From contig CAVTPD010000001.1 of NCBI GenBank assembly GCA_963736575.1, positions 156,941-220,940 of the forward strand: a DNA stretch of 64,000 nucleotides, written 5' to 3'. Made by a program: the position numbers and the translations under genes. The stretch is from an uncultured Cytophagales bacterium (GTDB lineage Bacteria > Bacteroidota > Bacteroidia > Cytophagales > JAAEPT01). The notes beneath the pieces were generated by a model. The model saw only the letters and a list, made by a program, of their open reading frames with translations, was not told the origin of the DNA and did no database searches. Below, in pieces: positions 28,760 through 37,007 of the stretch. Position 1 is the stretch's first letter; each line of letters starts with the position of its first letter.

Positions 28760-30522
28760 TGGAAATCCGGATCCCGACCGAAACCCCACTCCCCCATTGA
28801 CACCACCCCCCCTTTTCCCCACTTTCCCGAATGAAAATTCCGCCCCACACATCAGCGAGCGTTGATGCCATGGACATTGTTCGGGAAGAAAAAAAACTAT
28901 GGCTACCTCATCGACTGGAATGTTCCGCCCAAGAGATGCAATGCGAACTTCGGTGAACGACTACGACAACGGAGAAGAAGACATTCCGCTGTGCTTGGGA
29001 CATGGGAGGGCACCCCCAGATCACGCGAGTCGATGGACCGGGTGTCGTGAGTTGGTCGACGACCGAGAAGGGCAATGATATCTAGTTTCCAATCACATGG
29101 CAACTTTGACGAAGCTGGACAACTTCCCTTCGAACGGAATCGAAATCCCTGCCTCGATCTATCACACGCGCAACCTTACGGAGCAACGAGTAGAGCCGGA
29201 ACGGGGATCCAAGGTATCAATAAGGATGCTCTGGAACAGCCGCCCTGTTTCTTCATCGCCGAAACACAAACCAATCTAGCACAATACGCTCCATTGCGGA
29301 GTGGAAGACAACACCTTCTTTGACGTGGATTACCTTCGCCGCTCGCATCGAGCAATGTTTTCCAAGAAACCTCAGAATCACGCTAACTATGAGTAGCAGA
29401 ACTCTCAGAATCGAGAAATATTGCGCATGACGCACTTTGAAAGAGCGTGTAGCTCTAGATCCTCGTAAAGGTTGATCACATGCGTTCAACGACACGTTCG
29501 CTCTTCTTAGCGAACGGCTGGATGATCAAAGATCTACTATGAATCTTTCAGAGAGAATTTCGCATTGGTATCAACACGGAATGACGATGCACATTTGACG
29601 CCGCTATCCAGCAGCGCCATTCATGAAACTTTCTGTAGAAGAGGGGATCCCCCAGAACTGTCAAAGCGCACTTTCAGCAGAAAGCCCACCGGAGAACTTG
29701 AGAGGCTTTGCGACTTGCGAAATCGAGATATTGGATAGGCTCACGGAGGATTACGATTTTTCGAACATAACTCTCGCATTCAAGAAGGGGAGCTCGATGC
29801 GTTGTTCAGCGCGTCATGCCAAATTCGCATGAGGTTCTAAAAACGGTGACGCGTAGAATCGACATGTTCATAGTGATTACGACAGCCAGCACTCGGTGAG
29901 CGCCTCATTGCCCATAAAAGAACAGTGGATGGCCTCACCTATGTTGAGCACATGTCGCGGAAGGATGCATGCCCTCTGCTTGAGGAAGGGAGTTGTAGCG
30001 TCTATAAGGTCAAGCCTTTGGTTGCAGAAGGCACCAGTCTGAGAGGCACCTAAGAAAGAGTCCACCAAGAAAAAAAGAACGCGAACAAGGCGTCGCTCCT
30101 AACGCCTGACCCGCCGCGAATTCCAGCCGTCATGATCGCTACACCCACTGCAGTCGAAGCCTCGCTCCCAGTCAGGCGTAGGAGGACTTCGACGTTACTC
30201 AAAAAATGAATCCAAAATTACTACGCATGGTTGGGCAGATCATTCTCAGACCCCAGAGGACAACTATTTAGATTCTGGTCTACCGGGATTGGACACAACC
30301 AGCTTTCTCGTCAGTCCGTGCGAAGGTGAAGGTTATTTGGGGACGCTTACGTTTCAAGTTGGGCTCGATTGGGCTTCGATCACTGCGGATATGAGCAGGC
30401 ACGGCAGTTTGGGAAGTCTTATAGAACCAGCGAATTCGCGATCGATGGAGCGCGGAAGAGGGCCTTGATTATACGAAGAAAGCTGTGGTGGAACCAAGAG
30501 CCCGCGGGAGCAAGGTGCCTTT

Positions 30523-30711
30523 TCAATCCGGGAAGACGATGGCGCGGTGGCCGTCGATGATGGTGCGGTCGTGGACGTGGTAGCGGATGCCGCGGGCGAG
30601 GGCGGCGCGCTCGCAGTGGCGGCCGAGGCGGGCGAGGTCGTTGGGGGAGTGGAAGTGGGAGACGCGCTCGACTTCCTGCTCGATGATGGGGCCGGCATCG
30701 AGATCCGCGGT
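30523..30711 (-). pseudogene. orphan 3'-terminal fragment of purU (duplicate of 31761-31949)
   Basis: 189 nt identical to the 3' end of the intact purU except for two synonymous mismatches (30526, 30532). It encodes ...TADLDAGPIIEQEVERVSHFHSPNDLARLGRHCERAALARGIRYHVHDRTIIDGHRAIVFPD*. Confidence 0.9.
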
Positions 30712-30785
30712 CGGTGACACCATTGACACTTTTCGGCAGGGAATCCCGGACTTGCGACGCTTCCCCGATTCGCTATCCTTCCGCC

Positions 30786-30992
30786 ATGCAAGTTCAAGCC
30801 ACAGTCGAAGATCCAACCCATTTACGGCTCATCAAGCCATTGGATGTGACTGTAGGAAGTGTGGTCGTTCTCGAGATTGTGGACACGGTCGGGAACGGGA
30901 CTTTCCCGGATTCTTCCGCCGCTCTCCTGGATTCCGCCTACGGAGCCGAGGAGCCGGACTACTCGGGATCAGGAACAGCGATTGAAAATTGA
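30786..30992 (+). CDS. putative antitoxin of the adjacent PemK/MazF-family toxin
   Basis: 68 aa from the ATG at 30786 (MQVQATVEDPTHLRLIKPLDVTVGSVVVLEIVD...EEPDYS). Its stop directly abuts the toxin start (30992/30993). It is small with an acidic C-terminus, as in MazE/DUF104-like antitoxins. Confidence 0.5.
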   Translation: MQVQATVEDPTHLRLIKPLDVTVGSVVVLEIVDTVGNGTFPDSSAALLDSAYGAEEPDYSGSGTAIEN

Positions 30993-31340
30993 GTGATGCT
31001 TTCGGAAGGTGATCTTATTGTGGCCGAACTGCCCCAGGCAGACGGTGGAACCAAGCCACGCCCGGTCCTACTGCTCAAAGAGTTGCCAGGATTCGGAGAT
31101 TTTTTAGTCTGCGGAGTCAGTTCCCAGATCCATCAGGCGCAGGATGGTTTTGATCGGATTATCGCATCCACCGACGATTTTTTTGACGCTACGGGACTCC
31201 AGGTCACCTCCGTAGTCCGACTGAATTTTCTCGCGACGCTGCCCACCCGACGAATGACCAGGCATCTCGGGCGAATCCCGTTCCACGTTCTTGGCGGCTT
31301 ACAATCCACGTTGGCCGCGCACCTTACACAAACAAAGTAG
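30993..31340 (+). CDS. type II toxin-antitoxin system PemK/MazF-family toxin
   Basis: 115-aa ORF. GDLIVAELPQADGGTKPRPVLLLKELPGFGDFLVCGVSSQ...SVVRLNFLATL matches the PemK/MazF fold signature. The start is GTG 30993 or ATG 30996. Confidence 0.75.
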   Translation: MMLSEGDLIVAELPQADGGTKPRPVLLLKELPGFGDFLVCGVSSQIHQAQDGFDRIIASTDDFFDATGLQVTSVVRLNFLATLPTRRMTRHLGRIPFHVLGGLQSTLAAHLTQTK

Positions 31341-31760
31341 GAGGACAGGATTCTGCGTTGAAGGCGCGGTGGCAAACCGGCGGTTCCTGAGTCAGGGCAA
31401 TAAAGCCAGGGAAAGATTGAAACAGCGTGTGCCTCTTGAGTCCCGGCAGGGACGATCAGAAAGTAGCCGGGGGTGGAGTGAAACGGAACCCCCGGACACA
31501 TCCCGCAACGGATTTACGGGCAAGGGATGGATGCCGCCACCTGTTCCGCCCCCGCCGCAGCCCGCCAACGGCACGGCAGGTTTGCGGCTTCGGCGGTGCG
31601 CGTAGGGTAACGGGGCCTGCCGCTTGCCGCCATGATCCATGCACTGGTTACCCCGCATTCCGCTGCGCTGCATACGGGGCTACGCTCTTGCCACCCCTCC
31701 GGGGTTAACTGGTGTTTCCGTTGGGGTGGGCGGAAGGATTCCGCCTCTCCTTGAGGGGGA
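31341..31760 (+). ncRNA. candidate structured RNA / recombination scaffold (unclassified GC-rich ORF-free segment)
   Basis: G+C is 71/100 by hand count at 31501-31600. Seven perfect 5-7-bp GC-rich helices are packed into 420 nt (coordinates in findings). There is no credible ORF. The strand assignment is tentative. Confidence 0.3.
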
Positions 31761-32618
31761 TCAGTCCGGAAAGACGATGGCGCGGTGGCCGTCGATGATG
31801 GTGCGGTCGTGGACGTGGTAGCGGATGCCGCGGGCGAGGGCGGCGCGCTCGCAGTGGCGGCCGAGGCGGGCGAGGTCGTTGGGGGAGTGGAAGTGGGAGA
31901 CGCGCTCGACTTCCTGCTCGATGATGGGGCCGGCATCGAGATCCGCGGTGACGTAGTGGCAGGTGGCGCCGATGAGTTTCACGCCGCGCTCGTGGGCCTG
32001 GCGGTAGGGGTTCGCGCCGATGAAGGCGGGGAGGAAGGAGTGGTGGATGTTGATGATTTTCCCGGAGAACTCCTGGCAGAAGCCGTCCGGCAGGATCTGC
32101 ATGAAGCGGGCGAGGACGATGAGCTCGACGTCCTGGGCGAGGAGGAGATCGCGGATTTCGGAAAAGCCTTTTTCGCGCAGCGGGCCGTCCATCTCGATGT
32201 GGTGGAAGGGGAGGCCGGCGCGTTTGGCGATGTGGGCGCAGTTGTCGCGGTTCCCGATGAGGGAGGTGATCTCGATGGGGAGCTCGCCGAGCTCGGTGCG
32301 GAGGAGGATTTCGTTGAGGCAGTGGTCGGTCTTTGTGACGAGGACGGCGGTGCGCATTTTATAAGGCAGCTCGCGGAAGTGCCAGGTGGCGCCGAGGGAG
32401 CGGCCGAGGGTGCCGAAGCCGGTTTTGAAATCCTCGACGGTGACATCGAGTCCGGAGGTATCGATCTCGAGGCGGGCGAAGAATTTTTTCCCGATCTGGT
32501 CGGAAAACTGGCTGAACTCGGTGAGGTTTCCCTGATGGGCGGCGACGTAGGAGGCGATTTTCGCGACGATGCCGGACTGGTCGGGAGAGGATAGCTTGAG
32601 GATTAGGCCGGGGCGCAT
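31761..32618 (-). CDS. purU: formyltetrahydrofolate deformylase
   Basis: ACT-like N-terminus (MRPGLILKLSSPDQSGIVAKIASYV) plus a formyl-transferase core (INIHHSFLPAF...HYVTADLDAGPIIEQ). The ORF extends to 32672, but the Met at 32618 is the likely start. Confidence 0.9.
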   Translation of the reverse strand: MRPGLILKLSSPDQSGIVAKIASYVAAHQGNLTEFSQFSDQIGKKFFARLEIDTSGLDVTVEDFKTGFGTLGRSLGATWHFRELPYKMRTAVLVTKTDHCLNEILLRTELGELPIEITSLIGNRDNCAHIAKRAGLPFHHIEMDGPLREKGFSEIRDLLLAQDVELIVLARFMQILPDGFCQEFSGKIINIHHSFLPAFIGANPYRQAHERGVKLIGATCHYVTADLDAGPIIEQEVERVSHFHSPNDLARLGRHCERAALARGIRYHVHDRTIIDGHRAIVFPD

Positions 32619-32643
32619 GGTTTGCGGGACGGGGTGAAGGGTA

Positions 32644-34389
32644 TCATTCCGCAGGGTAGAAACGGGCGGCACCTTTGCGAAGGTATTCGGATGAGAGGGA
32701 GGCGTTGTCGAGGATGTTTTCCGGGGTCAACCGCTTCCTCCAGCCGTGGTAGGCGGCGAGTGTCTCGAAGGCGGCGTTGAGCGATCCCTGCATGGGATTG
32801 TGCAGGCGCAGCTCCACCTCGACGTTTTCCGGTAGGCCAAGTGGATGGAGTAACCGGGCGGATTCAAGATCGAGGAGACCGTCGCGGTAGAGCGAAGGCT
32901 CGCTGAGAGCGAGACCCATGAGCATATAGTGAGGGTGAAGCCAGCGCACACCCATGACCTCAGTTCCGTTTGCCGTGTAGCCGGCGCCGGGCATTCCGGT
33001 TTCCCCTGCGGAAAGTCCGAATATTCCACGGCGGGCCGAGGCGGATTCCGGCCAGTTGTCAGCAGGATAGCTTTTCTGGAGATCGAGGAGGTTTTTCCGT
33101 GCATCCGGCCAGGTGATCCCCGTAACGAGGTCGGGATCCATGCTGTCGAAGTCGGGGTAAAAGAGGCTCTGGAGCTCTGCAATGAATCCGATTCCCCGGT
33201 AAATCTCGCCGCTGGGTGTCATTTTCCCTCGTGGCTCGCGGCCGGGAACCATCGCTTCAAGCGCCAGGACCAATGCCGTTTCGCCTCCCCAGTCGCGCCA
33301 GCTTGCTTCGAGAGGGGTCGAGCCGTCATCGAGAAATCCGTGGCTGATCCAGCCCTCGGAGTCGGTGACTGCGTCGAAATCAAGCCTGTCGACGAAAGCT
33401 CCGATCTCAGCCTCTTCACCCGGCAAATCCAAGATCCGTGCGGCGAGCAAAAGGGACTGAAGGGCGATGGCGGTATCCACGGTGCTGAATTCCGTTCCCG
33501 GATGAATGGTGGTATTTCCCGACGAGTTGATGTGGGTGAAATGGGGGAAAAACCCGGCGGCTGTCGGGAGCGTCCGGATCGCATCGAGCGTTTCCCGGAG
33601 CTCTCCGACGACTCTGCTCCGATCAATCATCCCCTCGACGGCGCCCAGCGCGCTGCCCAGCGCCTGCATGCCTGTGGAGGCGATCGAATCGAACTCACCC
33701 CTGGGCAAGTGGCCACGATCCCGGGTCATGCCGCGACCTCCCTCGTGGCAGCGGCGGAGTTTTCCCAACGAGATCCGGAAGGCCCATTCCTCCAGTGAAA
33801 TTTCCGGACGTTCCGCGATGAAGCCGATTGATGAAAGTTTCAGCGAGCACCCTGGCTCCGCGATCCAATTCATGAACTTGATCCGCCCGAGCCCTTCGGG
33901 TTCGATTGGAAACGAGAAAGCGGAGGTTTCTTCATTGTCCATCTGGACAGCCGCACTCCAGACGACTTTCCGCTCAATATCGGCCAGCTCGAGACGCAAG
34001 GATCCGTTTCCACTGGCATTGACGGTGAGGCCACGGATGCCACAACGTTTTTCCGGGGGGCCTCCGAGACCGATCAGATCCGTGGGGTCAAGCGTCCTGC
34101 CCTCCTGTGATGCCAGTCCTGCGAGCGAATGCCAGGCACCGGTCCATTCACCCTCCGGGCGGACATGGATGATGCCGTTTTTCGAATCGATCCTTTCCTC
34201 GCCAAGGCCCATCCATCCGAAGTCGGATGCGAAATGGGTGAAGTTCTCGAAAGGGTTGATCATTGGCGCGGCATCGGGCCTGTCGCCGGTGAATGAAATC
34301 GTGTAGTCGATGATCGGCTGCCAGATCCGCTCGGCGGTAGCCATGGCCGGAAAGGCGAAGAAAAGGCAGGCGATCGGTAAACGGAACAT
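32644..34389 (-). CDS. secreted hypothetical protein, possibly an (alpha/alpha)6-barrel glycoside-hydrolase-like protein
   Basis: 581 aa from the Met at 34389, with a signal peptide (MFRLPIACLFFAFPAMATA). The C-terminal half has a repeating helical pattern reminiscent of glucoamylase/DUF3131-like folds. The assignment is weak. Confidence 0.45.
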   Translation of the reverse strand: MFRLPIACLFFAFPAMATAERIWQPIIDYTISFTGDRPDAAPMINPFENFTHFASDFGWMGLGEERIDSKNGIIHVRPEGEWTGAWHSLAGLASQEGRTLDPTDLIGLGGPPEKRCGIRGLTVNASGNGSLRLELADIERKVVWSAAVQMDNEETSAFSFPIEPEGLGRIKFMNWIAEPGCSLKLSSIGFIAERPEISLEEWAFRISLGKLRRCHEGGRGMTRDRGHLPRGEFDSIASTGMQALGSALGAVEGMIDRSRVVGELRETLDAIRTLPTAAGFFPHFTHINSSGNTTIHPGTEFSTVDTAIALQSLLLAARILDLPGEEAEIGAFVDRLDFDAVTDSEGWISHGFLDDGSTPLEASWRDWGGETALVLALEAMVPGREPRGKMTPSGEIYRGIGFIAELQSLFYPDFDSMDPDLVTGITWPDARKNLLDLQKSYPADNWPESASARRGIFGLSAGETGMPGAGYTANGTEVMGVRWLHPHYMLMGLALSEPSLYRDGLLDLESARLLHPLGLPENVEVELRLHNPMQGSLNAAFETLAAYHGWRKRLTPENILDNASLSSEYLRKGAARFYPAE

Positions 34390-34456
34390 CGGAAGATTCT
34401 TGTAAGGGCGGGAACGGATGGCAAGAAATAGGATGGAACAGGCCAGATGACGGACT

Positions 34457-34825
34457 ATGTTTTTTCCCGAAATGGAAATTCGTAACCGCAAACAGGAAAC
34501 GCCGTTCACGACCAAAGACGGCTCGACCATCACCAGTCTGCTTGATTTGGCAAACGCACCCGTGAAGAACCAGAGCCTGGCGGAGGCCCGCATCCCTGCG
34601 GGAAAGGAAACGCAGCGGCATTATCATGCGGATAGCGAGGAGCTCTATTACCTTTCGGAAGGAAACGGGATCATGGAAATCGATGGGGAAACGCGCGATG
34701 TCGGTCCCGGCGATGCGATACTGATCCCACCGAAAGCATGGCACCAGATCTCGGCTACTACGGATCTGGTATTTCTTTGTTGCTGCTCTCCGCCATACCG
34801 GCACGAGGACACATTCTTCGAATGA
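34457..34825 (+). CDS. cupin domain-containing protein
   Basis: 122-aa ORF with cupin motifs (QRHYHADSEELYYLSEGNG...GPGDAILIPPKAWHQI). Confidence 0.75.
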   Translation: MFFPEMEIRNRKQETPFTTKDGSTITSLLDLANAPVKNQSLAEARIPAGKETQRHYHADSEELYYLSEGNGIMEIDGETRDVGPGDAILIPPKAWHQISATTDLVFLCCCSPPYRHEDTFFE

Positions 34826-34853
34826 AGATTCGCTTTGCCGTCGGTGAAATCAC

Positions 34854-35718
34854 ATGCAACACTCGGAGATGTTGAAGTCATTTGCCGCTCTCGCGTTGTT
34901 TCCGCTTTTATCCTTCCTGCCTGCCTCCGCGGAGGTTGAGTCCAAATCCGAGTCCGGGTTGGCAGGAAAAATTCTCGAGCTCCGGACCTATCATGCGACT
35001 CCTGGCAAGCTCGATACCTTGCTTGCCCGCTTCCGCGACCATACTTGTCCCCTCTGGGCAAAACACGGGATCACAAATGTCGGCTACTGGGTGCCCGGTT
35101 GAGAATCCGGATAACCTTCTGATCTACATCAGGGGCTTTCCGGACAAGGATGCGATGAGAAGCATCCACAGCCGCCTTCCGCGCCGATCCCGAGTGGCAG
35201 AAGGCACGGGACGAGTCACAGGCGGATGGAAAGCTGATCGAAAAGATCGATAGCGTGTTCATGACGACCACGGATTTTTCGGAAGGATTTGCAGCTGTCG
35301 CACCCGAAGGTGCTGGATGACCTCTATTCGGATCCTTCCAGGCCTACGAACCCGCTCCGGAGGGAGACGAGCACCTGTTTCGAGATGCGCACCTACACGA
35401 CGCCTCCGGGTCTTCTGCCGGATCTACACGACCGTTTCCGCGACCACACACTCGCGCTATTCAAGAAACACGGCATTCTCAGCCTTGCGTATTTCGAGCT
35501 CACGCCGGATGAAGAGGGAGCGGACGTCACTTTCCCCTATTTCATTGCTCACAAAGACAGGGAATCTGCCGGAAAAATCATGGGCTGATTTCATAGCCGA
35601 TCCGGAGTGGAAAAAAGTCAGAGTGGCGTCTGAAGAAAAAGCAGGAGGTTCACTTACCGCAAAGGACGGTATCAAGTCGGTTTTCCTGAAGGCTACCGAC
35701 TTTTCCCCGATCAAATAA
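34854..35718 (+). pseudogene. tandem NIPSNAP-domain region (one two-domain gene or two genes), at least 3-4 frameshifts as sequenced
   Basis: Signal peptide plus ILELRTYHATPGKLDTLLARFRDHT...; second domain FEMRTYTTPPGLLPDLHDRFRDHT.... Removing single bases at the GG 35097-35098, CC 35172-35173 and GG 35571-35572 restores WVPVENPDN, SIHSAFRADPEWQ and RESAEKSWADFIADPEW. Confidence 0.6.
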
Positions 35719-36391
35719 GGGCGATGGCACCTTCATGGAGATGGCACAGGCAGTGCTTATGGGGTCTCCAGCCATGATCTTCGAGAACTTCGCCAGGAAA
35801 CTTTTCTTCATCGCCGGAGTTCTCGGCATGGTGCTTGCCGTTCAGTCGTTCAGCGCGCAACACAAAGTCACGATTTTAGAAAGCCCGAAGGTTTCGGAGA
35901 GGTCGCGAACGTGGAGGAAGCGGGTCCGGCACTTTCGGACGTTCATCCTCCGGTCAAATTCCGATACTCAGTGCTCGAAATAGCTCTCCCCCACGCTTAT
36001 TCACGACCCGGTTCCCGTTCTGCGGGGATCGGGTTTCTTTGCCTTGTCAGGCGGCAGGCGAGCCGACGATATGGCACGCACAGTGCTATCTGCGGACATC
36101 CATGAAAGCCACTTACAGTCAACGCATCCGAGCGGTCGTTGTAGGTTTTGCTCGTCACATCGCTCGCCCATGCCCACCCGGGTCCACCGGGACATTACCA
36201 TCCGGATGAGGTCGATGAGTTCGACCAGGTCCGGCGTTACCGCTCCGGCGGTAGACAAAGGGAGCAATCTGAATTTAGGTGGAATCCTTGTTCTTCTCGG
36301 ACTAGGTGGATGCCTTGGTTTCGCACTTTTTCAGAAAGCAGGGCGGAATCTGGAAAGACGTCACGGTGGACCATTGAATCCGCATCCCGCC

Positions 36392-36695
36392 ATGCATCTA
36401 AGCCCAAGAGAGCAGGAGAAACTGCTGATAGTCGTTGCGGCCGATCTCGCCCGCAGGCGAATGGGGCGGGGCCTGAAATTGAATCATCCGGAGGCTGTCG
36501 CTTTTATCACCGCTGAGATCCTCGAAGGTGCTCGCGACGGAAAATCCGTTTCCGAACTGATGAGCTTCGGCACCACGCTTCTCGGTCGCGGATGACGTCA
36601 TGGAAGGAGTGCCTGAAATGATCCACGACGTGCAGGTCGAGGCAACCTTCCCGGATGGAACCAAGCTTGTAACCGTTCACGATCCGATCCGATGA
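36392..36695 (+). pseudogene. ureA: urease subunit gamma, one frameshift as sequenced
   Basis: [39 protein letters not shown]... then a frame change near 36590, ending ...[12 protein letters not shown]. Length is 304 nt, i.e. 3n+1. Confidence 0.85.
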
Positions 36696-37007
36696 TACCA
36701 GGTGAAATCATTTGCCCGGAAGGAGCTCCGGACATTGAGCTCAACGTCCGGGCTTGCTACGATATCCATGGTAGTTTCCAACAAAGGCGATCGACCGGTG
36801 CAGGTGGGAAGCCATTTCCATTTTGCGGAGGTGAATTGCGAACTCTCGTTCGATCGTGATGCGACCCTGGGCTACCGACTCAACATCCCGGCCGGGACCG
36901 CGATCCGCTTCGAGCCGGGTGATACGCGGGAGGTGCCACTCGTGGCATTTGCCGGGACACGGGAAATCCACGGCTTCAATGGCCGGGTGAACGGAAAACT
37001 GCCATGA
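36692..37007 (+). pseudogene. ureB: urease subunit beta, one frameshift as sequenced
   Basis: [18 protein letters not shown], then [20 protein letters not shown] in the next frame. Removing one C of the CC at 36748-36749 restores [14 protein letters not shown]. The start overlaps the ureA stop (ATGA). Confidence 0.85.

Noticed and set aside
27541-28865. Long ORFs 27963-28865 (+, 300 aa), 27541-28416 (-, 291 aa), and similar P/S/T/A-rich ORFs at 31785-32594, 31979-32446, 43729-44979, 44043-45080 and 51326-52180
   Set aside because: They are off-frame or antisense shadows of genes with extreme C-ending codon usage (the hypothetical gene, purU, proA, thiH). They have low-complexity composition and no motifs. 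The in-frame genes have clear homology or consistent codon structure.
31651-31690. Minus-strand sequence UAGCCCCGUAUGCAGCGCAGCGGAAUGCGGGGUAAC resembles group II intron domain V (AGC triad, CCGUAU...AUGCGG helix)
   Set aside because: The upper helix and GNRA tetraloop are missing. The basal A pairs with A. There is no GUGYG 5' end, domain VI, exon-binding logic or intron-encoded protein nearby. The resemblance is probably fortuitous.
31729-31745. tRNA/tmRNA-like T-arm (ggcggaaggattccgcc), which would have made the insert a classical tmRNA/tRNA-targeting island; also TTCAAAC/TTCGAGC loops at 14985, 15821 and 15707
   Set aside because: The loop sequences or flanking stems do not fit the T-psi-C arm consensus (G53-C61 pairing fails, or the loop is AAGGATT). 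No acceptor stem or CCA context is present. I could not build a tRNA cloverleaf anywhere in the window.
30523-31949. Diversity-generating retroelement (template/variable repeat at a gene 3' end)
   Set aside because: There is no reverse transcriptase. Only two mismatches exist in 189 nt, they are reciprocal A/G differences rather than adenine-specific, and both are synonymous. The target is a housekeeping enzyme, not a variable ligand-binding protein.
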